A stretch of 64,000 nucleotides of DNA from Obrimoposthia wandeli (taxonomy: Eukaryota): contig CDROCS010001785.1 in the NCBI GenBank assembly GCA_977020255.1, forward strand, positions 1 to 64,000. Direction: 5' to 3'. Position 1 is the first letter of the stretch. Each line of letters starts with the position of its first letter. Positions 36,701 through 49,927 of this stretch are shown piece after piece. The notes beneath the pieces are model-generated. The model ran no database searches. It had not been told where the DNA came from and saw nothing but the letters and a program-made list of their open reading frames with translations. The translations under genes and the position numbers were made by a program.

Positions 36701-39700
36701 ATCTTAAAACAATATTTGACACGAATTTGTCACATTATTAATACTCCTTTTTATTTAAAATGGTTCATTCGTTATTATGCATGAGGAAATGTAAATACAT
36801 TTTTGGTTAGAAATATATAAATCTATAGTCAGAAAAAAGAGCCTTTACTAATATTATAATTATTTTTAATCAGAACATGATTATATTTTGATCAGAAATT
36901 TGTAACTGTTTCCAAATAAATAACGACTTGCTTTATGAGGTTCGCTTCTTTTTCGTTTTTCACAAATGCAACATTTTTGTGTTGACGAAAAATTGTAATA
37001 GACAATACTTTTAGATGGTTAAAACATGTATATAAAATTATTACAATGAATTTTTTCTTCTGAATAATAATTACGTTTTCGGTCAAAAAATTATTTTTTT
37101 AAGAGTTCAATTTTTTCTAAATCTTATTAAAGTACGAAATTTTCTGATTATGAAATACAAGCCTTGTAAAACGTACGTTATTTAATTAATTGAGGTATAA
37201 AAGTCAAGTCTTGTGGTCATTTTTTACAGATTTGTAGTAAAATGTTCTACCAGATGTGTTAACATTAACATGTTTTAATGTAAAAGCGGTTATTCGGTTC
37301 CGCCTCATATCATACTTATGTATATGTATCTCATGTCCATTTTAAAAATATGAAGTAAATTCATGCATATTTTATGACTAGTATTGTAATATCGATTATT
37401 AAAGCACACACGACATATTATTTGCCGTATTACCACTTTCTTATTGTCGTATAATGCGGCAATACAAGTTTAGGTTAGACGTATTTATTAGTAATGGTTT
37501 GAACCATTGGTGCGCTTTCTTGTTTTAATACATTATAAAATTAATACGCATGAAAGGAATTGAATGTTCCTGCGTGATAAAGTTGGTAGAGGTTGATAAT
37601 GTACAATCTACATTATGTTGTTTTTTATTTGATGTTTTAATTTGTATTGGGTTGATAAAAAAGTTTTTTTGCGTGATTTATATCGAAAACTTTTGTTTAA
37701 ACTTTTGAACCTATTTATTTTTACATTAAAATATTTTAGTTAGTTAGATAATGGAACACGATAAGCTCCGATTTAGGGTTATAGTGCACTGCATTTAAGA
37801 GAGGTACAAGTTCTAATGAAACCGCTAAAAGAATAAATGTAACATATCCAATACAGCTGCAGTTCCAAAAATTTAGGGTGCAGCGTTAGTGATATGAAAG
37901 ATACTCAGAGGTGGACAGACCAAAGAAGCTGGATCTAGAAAGTTTAAAAGTCGCAGTGCATAGTTACAGACATATGACGGTTAGAGTATTGGCAATAATG
38001 GATAGTAGGGTGATGATTTGTGAAAGTTTTTACCAACAACCTTTTTTATTGTGATTCCACATATAAATATCATATAGTCATTTTTTTGATTTAAATTGTA
38101 AATTACTATTATTTTATATATTATTAATATTATACACTGGTTTGTTTGAAAAAATTCTAATATATTAATCAAAATTAATCAATTTTATAAATATGTCCAG
38201 TAAAAAAGCTACAATAAATAGTAAATATAATGCATGGTTTCCTCCAAATTCAAAAAATTACAACATTTTATTCGGTGAACCGACCAAACAATATGGATCT
38301 ATTAGAAGACTATATAAGAATTGAGCTAACGGGGGAAAATAATCCTTATAATCTGCGATACTACTTCTGTTAATACATGATCGGAAACCGGCGTTAGATT
38401 TGAATATTAAGAATGAACCTCAGTTCAGAGATGATTAGAAGACACTATGAAACTTAATTGAGGGGTATACATAATTTCGAAATCATAATATAGCATCAAA
38501 ATGTATATTTCCTTATCAATTACCTAGTGTTCCAATTCACGTTGGAAATCCATAGCTTCGTACATTTTAATTGCTGTTATACTAAACATCAACCAGCCAC
38601 CTGCTTTCTTAAAACTAGCACAGTTTATTGTTGATTATTGGGGAAAAGCATGGTTCTCATATAGAAGAGGACAAAATTGTTGGTATAGCTTTGTAACATT
38701 TTTTGACAAGAATCATCTAATCAGAGCTGCAGATTGTTTAGAAGGACACAAACAATTGGATTTCTTACCTCTAAATATTAATGCAACTGATGAAAAGAAC
38801 TAGATCGAATAAACATTTGGAAACGAATACATTGTATAACTTTAATAAGTCAAACTTTGACTGATGATGTAAATGCACTGCATAGTTGATTTAAGATGTA
38901 TTGACATGTCTAATTAATTAGGTACTGAATACCGCATGTGTTAAGTGAAAAAATGGAAAAGAGAAGGATTTATATACAGAATAGCATGAATCAGATGAAA
39001 AATGAATCAAATTTGAAAATATCAAGAGAAATAGAAGTTGATGTGAAAGTAAAAGAAGTTCTCAAACTGAAGCTAAACAATATATACATGTAAAGAAAGT
39101 AATGTTGTTCGTATGGTACGATATGAAAGGAAATATATACTACGAATTATAGGGGGATAATAAAACGATCATTTCTGATACTTACTGTTTCTGATTTCTT
39201 TGGAGGTAAAAAGACCTTCACTCATCATTAGGAAGATGCTTTATTCCACCAAGATAATGCCAGGTCACATGCAAGCATCTTCAATCGTTCGAATAAGAAT
39301 TCATGGAACATCCACTATAATGTCCTGCTAACCATAACATTTTTAATACGAGTTATGAAGCTGAAACTTTGTCAATGAGGTTTTCTCCGCATGCGATATG
39401 GATTTCTTCTAAATAGGTCTAGAAAACTTGGTTTTTTGTTGGAAAATTGATTTATTTCAGTACAAATACTAAATGTTTCTCATGATACTTTACCTTTGGC
39501 GAAGAAATCTTTCTACAAGCCCAATAAAATTCATGTTACAAATATATGCAGTTAAATTCATGTATGTGTAAAAACCTTTGTTACATTTTCATTTGTTTTA
39601 TCTTTAAAAGTCCCTTATGTATGCATTTTATTTTATTTTTTCCTACATGTAAATATGCACTCACAGGAGATTGATATTTGTCCTCTTTTACTCTCAATTT

Positions 39701-42700
39701 TATTTTAGTCGGATTTTCTACTTGCTATTAGGTAACTATTTTATTGCTTGATTGTTTTTGTTGCTTTTATAATTTATGACCTCGAATTACGTTTTGATGT
39801 CTTTCTGATTCATTACGGGTGATCATATATTGATATTAATATTTACATTTCGACTGTTGATTTTATAAATGAACCTCAGATTAACGTTTTTTATAGAGTG
39901 AGCTACTGTTACTCTCACCTGGGAAAATAGTTGTGATATGTTACAACTAGTTTCCCCCTGGTGTTTCTTTGAATTCAGAATTTTTATTTTTCTTGATTAA
40001 GAAGCATCATTATAAATTGTCCTATTTGATATTTAATATGATTGTTTATATAATAATTTGGTGTTTTTAAAAAAATTGGTGTCACGTTTACTTTGAAAAA
40101 CCCTATACATGTTAAATTAAGGTGATATGTATATACCACGAGAGTATGCCTGTTTGCTTTCTAACTAATGTATACGGGATTTGGTCACACCCTTTTTGTC
40201 GAGGGGCACTTTTATGTAACTGTATTTTTTATAATATGATATATTCTATATAACATTCTTCGGAAATAACCCACTTTAACGAATAATTCGTTGCTAGCTT
40301 CTAACTTGATTATGAACTGGACGGTAAATTAAATATAATTTCCAAGAAGCAGTCATCAACAATTTTTAATTAAAGAAATAGTATTTATTTTGCTAACCTT
40401 ATATTTCTACTTGTTTTACATGTAATTTATACAAATCTTTGAATAGTTATGTTATATATAAATGTATTACTTATAAATAAAAGTAGTAAATGATACTACT
40501 AAATTATTTTGCATCAGATACAGGCTTTTTAAAATACCAAATTTACAATATCCTTGAACAATTAAACTGTAAACCTACTACTACATCCGTTTTAAAAATG
40601 TTACCACCAAACCATCATTATATTTTTAAAATTTTGTTGAAACTTTAATTTTTTTCTATTTTATCATCGGGGAAATTAGAATCAGTTTTGAGTATCGTTT
40701 AATTCTCCAACAAGCTATCAACAAAGTTGTCATCGTCAGATTAACATTGTGTAATCCAGCTGTTCTCTCAGTAGTTCAATGTATAAAGAATCAGCGGATA
40801 ATTTCCAACTTTGGACTCGCTGATTAAACCATAGACGTTAGCAAAATATTGTCCAGGATGTTTATATCTTTATCGAAATAAACAGCCAATTTTCAACTTG
40901 TCGCGTTTGCGGTCATCTTCTCTCCAGAATAAACCTGATTATTTCTAAAAACTGCATAGATGATTAATATCCTTTCTATATCTCTGTCCCACAATTTCTG
41001 TCTGAAAGGTAAGGGAAAGGGAAAAAATGAATAAAGTAATCTGCGTGAAGTCGAACGTTTTTAACGATTTTTCACTGCATCACAAACAACTTAAGCAACA
41101 TTATTATAACGGGTGTCAATTAAAAATGTACATAAACTTTAAAAAATATCTCCAGCATTTTAAACACAGTACAGTAATATTTACAATAAAGGGAACAAGA
41201 AAGAGGACCATTCACACAATATTTGCGGAGTTTCTGTCGAATGGTGCTGTGAGACTCTTGTACAGCTGTGGAATCCGAGTGCTTTAAGCAGTATGATATA
41301 CGCCGTTTCAATTGGTTTGCATTAGCTGCTACTCAGTTAGTTTTGTACACTTCATGAGCAAGATGCCCAAAGGGATCTTCTATTGGGTGACATTGAAAAC
41401 ATAAGTACATAGTCGATCTCTGCATTAACAAGAAATTGCAAAGTTGAGTTTGCGTAATGGGATTTTGCCTCATTGGCCCAAGAAAAATCTGGATGAGGTT
41501 TCTTATGACATTTTCAATATATAGTTCTTTTTTATCACCAAATCACTGGGAACAATATTACCAACAAGAGTTAAATTTATGGTCAAATCCTTTCTTAGTT
41601 CAAAATCATTTTGACTTTGGATCATTCGTATATTCCACCAAAATGTAGCATATTATAACCGGAGGGGGTGAAGTACTATTCGTCGTTGGGTAGGAAGTGC
41701 TTACCTTGACATATGTGGTAAAGTGTGTTACGGTAGGTGGGTTTCGAGGAGACTTTATTTTCTTCTTACACTTTAACATTGCCCTTGTCTAAATTGTTTG
41801 AATGACATGTTGAAATGTTAAAATTTGGTAAACTGTCCTTCTTTTCCCTGTAACAGATGTTTATGTATTAGCCATTTACAGAAATGAATGCAAAGACAGA
41901 TAGCATGGGATATAATTAATGTGACCTTTCATCGGATATTTAATTTTGAAGCAACCACTAAACTGCTGCAAGAAGATAAAAAATTTGAGACTGTTCTGCC
42001 GATTTAAATGTTATCGAAAGTGTCTGGTGGAATTTTAAATATAAATTTTAAAAGTGTTGCAGAAATCAAAGTCATATTTGAGATATTTTGGGATATTCTC
42101 GTAAATACTTATAAAGCTAAGATACAAGTTTATAACAATAACATATATTTAATGTAGCGTTAATATCCAATTAATCTATGATTTATTACTCTAAAACACT
42201 CCCTGTTTTCCAGTATCCTTTGTAACTTTTTTGGACAGTAAAGTTTTCAACTGGTTGATGAATTTTTCAACATTGTTACAGTTTTTTGTATAAGTCGAAA
42301 AATTGTTGTGAAGATTCGAAGCATGCTTCAAATATTTAATCACTCTATTTGAGAATTGTTTGACCCATCTCGAATAATTTAGATATTTTAGCTTTATGAA
42401 AGAATGCTTTTTTTTGATAATAAATTGAATATTGAAATCAATTCTGGCATTAATCGGCAGCCAATGAATCTTCATTAGATGTACACTTTCCTTAATTTGA
42501 ATATAATTCTAACGGGTTTGTTAACATTTTGTGCAAGCGATTTAATTGATAAGCTAGAATATTAAACAGTAAAAAAATTTGAAAATCAAGTCTTTATGCA
42601 ATAATCGCTTACATTAGGAGTGTAGTTATCATCCAGTAGTAAGGTATTTTCTTATTAGTTGAATCTTTGATATGACCTTTGCATTTATTTTACTTTTTAA

Positions 42701-45700
42701 ATTAAAAATATTTTCACCGACATGTATGACTCTTTTTTTAATACAGTATATATTATTCCTAGGTCCAAATAATATAACCACAGTTTTATTTCCATTCATC
42801 TTCAATTGTCTTCATTTCATTCATATTTGATTGAAAAAATCCATTTCAGAAAATGGGATTTCAAAGTCGTTAGAGTCAAAATCATCATAAACTTTTGTAT
42901 CATCTGCATAAGATGGGAAATCCATATTGTATTTCTTAAAATCGCTGCGATTATTGAAGTATAAATCGAAAGTAGGATTGGACCAAGATTAATATGGAAC
43001 TTTCATGTTTTTTGATTACAATTTATTATCATATTAATGAAATATTAATTTGCTTTTTTTCTCTCTGTAAACGAAGACTATTAAATGGTAAGTTAGCTAA
43101 AATGAAGAAGAACAAGGGATATTTTGAACTTATATTTGTACATGACAAAAATATGTTAAATACCCATGAAAAAGTAAATTACAAAGAGCTAAAAATATAT
43201 TTTTTTCGAGCAGCGGATAATAAAAATTCTCGAAGCAATAATAGTTTTTGTCAATATATGTATTTATATAATCATACGATATTAGTGATTATTTTTGTGC
43301 ATTTTTACTGCACATCGCTGTGTTCAATAACTCGAAAAACATTTTGCAGCTATCACTGGTTTCGAGACCAACAACAGGTACCTGGTGGTTAACAACATGG
43401 GTCAGCAAATCTTCAAGGCCATGGAGATCAACAACTGCTGCAATCTCAACTGCTGCGGCTCATACCGATGCTTCGACATGAAGGTAGCCCAGCTTTCAGA
43501 AAGCATTTTTTGTCAACTTGTCTATAAGAAATACAAAATTGTCCAAACTGTTGGAGCAACATCGTGCTAAAAATAGCACACCTGCGGTTGCCCCCTTGAC
43601 TGGGCGGTACAGCACCACTGCACAGTCACACACACACTCAGGTTGGGCAACTGGTCTCGCCTCTCCTCATTGGTGACCAGTCACCACAATCAACTGACAG
43701 CACCGTTTGAACTTGGTGGGGCTGTCAGCACTCACTCATCCAGCCCCGGACTAGCTGCACGCTTAAGAAGCTGTATAGTCAGTTTGTCAGTCGTTTTCAA
43801 TATATCGAATCATTATATACATTTTAAGTGGTATTACAGTATGTATTCAGTTGTTATTACGTTCACTGGTTCTATTGAGGAAACCTTTCGTTATTGATTT
43901 TTACAAATACCCATGCTCAAGAAGGCTTCATTTTGTAATAAATAAGCCATCAAAATGCTATTGAAAATTTCGGTTTACGATTATGTGTGTTTGGAGATAA
44001 TGGGAATGGTTCACTTTTATACGAACAATTATGTAAAGAAAAATAGGAGTGAGGTCAATCGCACAGTTTTATGTATACATACAAAATGGATCCCATAAAA
44101 TATCTCACATAGACCAATCGTGATCCGCCTCCACTTTGATTGGTCCATTCGCCAGGTTATTGACAATTCGGGAATGGAGGTGATGCACTTTGAGAGGCCA
44201 CTGCGCTGCAATGCATCGTGTATCCCCTTCTGCTGCTGTGGCCAGGAAATCTCCGTATTCGCTCCTCCCGGCCACATGATCGGCAAGGTGAGACAGAAGT
44301 GCTCTCCTCTTTGTGGAGCCCACTTCGTCATCGACGACGAGCTCGGCCAATCGCAGCTGCGCGTAAATGGACCCTGCTGCGTCTTCGACAGCTGCTGTAA
44401 CATTGACTTCAAGGTCCCTAAAGTTCATTACTTTATTTTTGGTAGAATATTTAACTATATAAATATATTAAAACATTGATCAACTCGTCCCTGTTTCCTG
44501 TTGTTGAAAAAAGTGAAGTAATTAAAAAAAGACTTGACATTGCATAAGTAGGACGTCCAATGCTGATATATCAAGCGAGCGCGATATTTTGTCTTGAGAG
44601 CATTCATTGAAGAAAATGCGCATTCACATAAATGAGTGGAACCGAAGAAAGAAGGGAAATGGGTCAGCAGTCATCCACATAAATGGATATTTCTCTTTAG
44701 AAATTGCAGTTGAAGCTCTGGATGTCAGGAACACATGGTTTTAGGGAACTCATATCTCTTCCTCGAGACTCGGTGCGAATTTTGCCAGAAACGTCTCCAC
44801 ATGGATATCATTGTTAAATGAAAAAACACTTTATATTTTATGGACCGAAAATATGATAAATATTTGGCTTAATTGTTGTGTTTTTTACAGTTTGATGCTA
44901 CAATTTTGTTTGTTATGAGTTGGTTTTCATTTTAATTGTTCAAAAAATTTGATTAAGGCTGGATTACAGCAGACAAAACTATTTAGATTATGTTAAAGTA
45001 AAATAGTTCATAGTAATTTTGAATTAGAGTGTGTTAATTAAAGATTGCTACATTCGAAAAGAAACGGTGGAATTTTTGATATTGTTAAGATAAATATTTG
45101 ACCAAATCCAGCTACTTACAAATGCATAATCCAAATTTAGCTGAATACTCGGGAGAGATTATGAACTGTGATAGTTCAGTGGTAGAATGCGTTACTTGCA
45201 AATAGTTTCCCCCCAAATCTAACGATAATCAGATCCATGAAGCTTCGAGTTTGGCGAACTTAGGTAGTGTAGATGCAGACTGAGGATAATTTGCCCTGTG
45301 TTGATGCTGAGTTGAGAGGGTGATGATGGCGCACAGGTCTTGCCCATAAATGATGATACGCAAATCGGGGTGGTGACGAAGCAGTGGTCAGGCCTGGTAA
45401 AGGAGATGTTCACGGACTCGGACAACTTTGGGGTCAGCTTCCCCATGGACTTGGAGGTGCGGATGAAGGCTCTTCTTCTAGCTCAGATCATCCTCATTGT
45501 GAGTGGCCAACTTCTCTACTGGGCGTTCTTCGAGACTTTGTGTTTGATTAGAAAATATCCAAATTTAGAGAGTCAAAATATTGGTTTATAATCCTTTGAC
45601 CTAAAATGTGAAATCGCTATGGAAACTTGGAGTCCCTGTAACAAATATTTTAGAAGGTCGTCACAATATATGAGATTATAAAGGCGTTTAAATAAATATA

Positions 45701-48700
45701 CAGGGTGGTCAATAAGTCCTTTCTAAGCTTAAAAATCATTATAAATGCATGTATACAAACTTTTATTCAATTTCCAACATACCAGATGACAATACTGTAT
45801 AAAAGCACTTCAAAGATTAATAATTAAGAAAACTATACAACGTTTTCAAAATAATTATTTGTATGCTTTTCAGGTGACTATTGATTTTTGATCATATAAT
45901 TGTTTAATACAATTCATAGTGTTAAAGAAGTTACAGTACATTCTTTATGATGAAGCATTAATCTATGTTGGATCGAGACACCATAATATTTGATTCTTAT
46001 AAGAAACATCAAGAACAAGGCAAGTCTTTCATTAAAGTCAAGGTCATGGCCTACTATTTTAAAAAGTTATTTTGTTTTAATACATCACTTTTGATGTGTG
46101 CAAATTCAAAATTCAAGACTTTTGCGTGCGACAACATATTTTCTGAGAATTTTTTTGTAAAACATATTTTAAAAAATGTCAACTACTTTTATTTGAGAGT
46201 AAAAAAATAAAAAAAGTTAATCTGATATTTTTTAAAAAATTATAACCTCAATTGAGAATGACTTTCAGAAATCGACTGAAATCACCTTAATTCAACCGAA
46301 ATTTAAATACGCGCTTATCAAAATGGATGCATTTAAACAAAAAATTGTTGAAAATAGACGTACTATAGTACATAATGACCTTCAAATGACTTTGACCTTA
46401 AAATATCATATGTACTCAGGAGAAATTTGACCCACATAATGACCTTGACCTCAAAAAATCATGTCTACTCGGGAGAAATTTGACCTAAATTCGTTTTTCC
46501 CGATGCACTTCGCGTATCGGGGGCAGACCTATTGCCTTCAGTCGAAGTCACCACATCACCCTACTTCAATGCGTTCAAAAGATTCTTCAGAAGTAAATTC
46601 TGAAATACTACAAAATAATGCCTTTTCTTAAAAGGAATGAAATAATAAAGCAGTGAATCAAAGATAGATGTATCATACTAAGAAATAATAAGCTGAAACC
46701 CATAAATTGCTATCTTATTGTGATGGACGACGAATCATAGTTCAGTTTAAATTGTGAGGAACTTAGTACTAATAAAGGATTTTATACTGACAGCAAACAA
46801 TTATGCCCTCATAATATTCTCTTCAAAGAAATAGAGAAGTTTCCTCCTCATATTTTAGGGTGGTTAGCAATTGCAGAAGATGGTTTGGTAAGTCAATATT
46901 TTGTCATGGAGATATGACAGGTGACATCTATTTAAATGAATGCATTAAAAAAGTTCTGCTACCTTATGTCAACTCTAAGCAGTATGCAACACTTTTTTAT
47001 TGAGGGAGAAATAGCTCATAAGAAGTGTCACTGATTTTTTGAAAGGTTTCTAAACTTTGATTATTAGAGCACTTCTGGTCACTTATTAAGGCAAAAATGT
47101 TTGAAAATGGTTGGATAGCCAAAGACAAGAAGCAGTTAATTAGAAGGAAAAGAAGTAAACTTAAAGATGTGGATATGGTTGTTGTCCAACAAATAATGTC
47201 AAATGTTAAAGCTAAAGTTAGAATTATTGCTGATTATGGATCGTTAGCATTTTAAATTAGCATTCAATACATTATTTTAGTTTTTTTTTAAAATGTTATG
47301 ACGTTTATTTTCCTTATTCAAAGTTCTCGCATTTTCTACATGTAGAAAAGGTTTTGATCCAACATAGGTAAATGCTTCATCGCAAAGAATGTACTATCAC
47401 TTCTTTAACTCTTTATGAATTGTATTAAACATTTGTATGATAACAAATTAATAGTCACCTGACAACCATACAAATAATTATTCAGAAAAAGTTAGTTATG
47501 TGTAGTGTTTTAATTATTAAAGTTTGTCGCATTTTCTATTTATAAGACCATATATATATACTAAGGACCAATTTTTCAAATACCTCAAATCTCACGGTAA
47601 AATAAATATTTTGGAAATTATTTCAATCGATGATATATGCAAATCTTGTAATTAAATAAGGTACAAAACCAATAAATAAATAAAAAATGACTACATTTAA
47701 TTAATAAAAACTTTATTTAATTAATGTATCCGAGTTTGTAACTTTATTGTATGTTTTAATTTCAAGATTTAGAATTTGTTATTTTTAAATATGATATTAT
47801 GGATATTGGATATACCCCCACTTCATTGGAGGAATCCAGAATATATAGTTTGATTGGATAGCATTGGTAGAAGTAGATTGGTTGGATTTTGTGTAGTTTA
47901 ATTTTGATTTGTAAAGTTTATAAGTTCACTATAGAATAAATATCAGAAATTTGATTATTACGTTCGGTGCTTTAAAGGTGGTTAATTTTTTGAATTTTTA
48001 TTCTAATTGAATATATTTAGTTTGAGGATGCAGTTTTGTTAAATTTAGATTGGTAGACTTTGATTGATATTTTCAGGATTCAGATTAATTGGTTGATTTT
48101 GATGATGTTTCAAAAACGTAATTTCATTTTATTTGACAGTAATTAAATTTTTTTTTTGGGATAATATCGTTTTGTGTCGTAAATTAGAAAAATAAAAGAA
48201 TATTATTTATTTCAACTGTCCACATTTTCAAACGATCTTTTTCATAATTGACTGATTCAATTTGATGTAATTTCTCATAATCTTTTTCAATAATTATATT
48301 CATTTATTAAAAATTCTTCTATTTTTTTTCTTAATTTTAATTCTTTATTATAAGTATATAATTTTGGCAAAGTAACATTAGATGTAGTAACATTTGGCTT
48401 TAGTAAGTAATTCTTGAATTATGTAGTGTTATAATTAACCATAGTACTTAAAAATTAAATAAAATATATATCACCTTCAATAAAAATTATCGTTAAATTG
48501 GCGCTGTATTAAAGATGTTCCTGTTTAGAAAAGGCTGTAGTTATTATGTGTTTTTACGAGCTCATTTCAATAATGCAAAGAGCTAAATCAATAAAAATAT
48601 TTTTTTATTAAACGTTTAGTTTATATTTGTTTTTATTATTTATGTTTGGTAATTAAACATTAAAATATGATTATTTGTCTTTAAATAAATTAATTTGGAA

Positions 48701-49927
48701 TTATTGGTTTGCTTTCTTACTTGTTCATTCTTTTTTTCTAATATTTTTCGCTTTTATACTAAATATTTATGCTCTACTACAATTTACCGAAAACCGGTAT
48801 TTTCAAATTCCGATAAATTTCCGACCCCTAATCTGAAAAAATATTCAGAAAATATTTATATTGAGTAATTGTGAAATTTCATGCAACTTTAGCATATTTC
48901 TTCATCAAATCAATATTCCAATGATCTACTGACTAATTTGTACTGGTTAAACTTTCATGTTATTCTCAATCGATCAAACTCACAAGTGAATATCTCGAAC
49001 TTGGTCTCATCTTTATTGATGAAACGAACACCATAATAATTTATTTGATTCCACCTCATAAATTACATATTATGTTTAATGCATTGATTAAAGCTTGGTT
49101 AAATGCGTTGAAAAGGGCAGATAAGCGTCGTGTGATAAGAAAGGCCATCCGTGGTGGATCTTTTTCTGTAAATTCATGTGGACAAATTTAGACATTTTGA
49201 CTACTTGACAAATATGTGTCAGCCAATTTGTTTTAAATTTGTTGAATCTTTTTGAGCTAACCTAAGGTTTACAAGGAAGTTATATCATCGTATGGAGAAT
49301 CATACAAGGCTTGGGAAATAAATTTATTTTTTCTTCTAATTATTATTCTTTTTCTTGGCCCTTCTACTCATTTTTATTCAACTCATATACACATATTCTA
49401 ACCTATTTTCTATCCTTACTTAATTTTTTATTTATTTCTAACTTCTAGCTTTCATATAATTAATTATTTTATTTATTTTCTACACTTTCATTATTTTAAG
49501 GTTAATTTTGTACTATAAAGACCTCATTCATTTAGTTATTTTTTAGTTTCTAAGTCTCAACAGACGTATGCACTGTTTATACATTATGATTTCAGCAAGA
49601 TCTAAAGGAACAATCACTTCGAAATGCATCGCCTACTGTCAGAAAAAAATATGGAGGCAGAAGTTGAACTAAATGTTGCGGAGAAGGAGAAAATAGGGTT
49701 GTGTCACCTGCATTGATCCTGGTTTCCTCATATTTACCCTAGGGGGGCTGTAGAAACACAATACAATAATAACTAATATTTATTTCATAAAATTCAGAAT
49801 TTATCAACCAATTACAATTGATCGTTTGAAAATGTTTGACTTTCTACTTTTTAATTAATTATTTGATTTTTTGATTTTCTAATTTAACCAGGATTATATG
49901 TTCTTCGAAAATAACGCAAAGGAATGA
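33718..49927 (+). CDS. PLSCR1: phospholipid scramblase (PLSCR family); 5' exon(s) not identified
   Basis: Exons 33718-33801, 43350-43483, 44156-44413, 45337-45498, 49892-49927 are phase-consistent. Translation has NCPPGLQYL..DQILV, TGFETNNRY, CCGS.RCF, EVMHFERPLRC, GPCC, KQWSGLVKEMFTDSDNFGVSFPMDL and DYMFFE..TGA. The symbol is family-level; exact orthology is unknown. Confidence 0.92.
34330..35168 (+). mobile_element. Tc1/mariner (Tc3-like) remnant in the first identified scramblase intron
   Basis: WFMQNGAPSY (cf. WFQQDGAPPH) at ~34825. Right TIR CACCCTG followed by TA at 35162-35170. Confidence 0.6.
37751..39340 (+). mobile_element. mariner transposase remnants, interrupted by ~1.1 kb of unrelated sequence
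   Basis: N-terminal MEHDKLRFRVIV and ..GRPKKLD-like HTH pieces at 37751-37960. Catalytic-region VWYDMKGNIYYEL and LFHQDNARSH (cf. HDNARPH) at 39110-39275. Confidence 0.6.
42190..42985 (-). mobile_element. L2/CR1-type LINE, RT C-terminal fragment (homologous to 26.5-27.4 kb)
   Basis: SYADDTK (YADD at 42910-42899) and KIHWLPINARIDF. DNA similarity to the 27 kb copy, including the same 5' truncation region (AATCGCTGCGATT). Confidence 0.85.
45083..45203 (+). repeat. dispersed repeat with tRNA-like segment, copy 2 (3' truncated)
   Basis: TGTTAAGATAAATATTTG..GCATAA..GATTATGA ACTGTGATAGTTCAGTGGTAGAATGC..ACTTGCAA is collinear with 5637-5770. Confidence 0.5.
45701..47260 (+). mobile_element. Tc1/mariner-type element remnant
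   Basis: TA-CAGGGTGGTC TIR-like start at 45699-45710. Transposase pieces VMDDES, GWLAIAEDG..GDIYLNECIKKVLLPYV and EHFWSLIKAKMFENGWIAKDKKQL at 46.7-47.2 kb. The TIR and ORF may belong to different insertions. Confidence 0.6.
46371..46521. repeat. TGACCT-rich tandem duplication followed by a small GC hairpin
   Basis: Two units of CATAATGACCTT..GACCT..ATCAT..TACTC(A/G)GGAGAAATTTGACC, then CCCGAT/ATCGGG inverted arms at 46499-46521. Confidence 0.7.

Noticed and set aside
40640-41000. LINE APE endonuclease remnant (KIGCLFR)
   Set aside because: Only one weak motif, and it lies on the wrong side of the nearby RT fragment; not enough to call.
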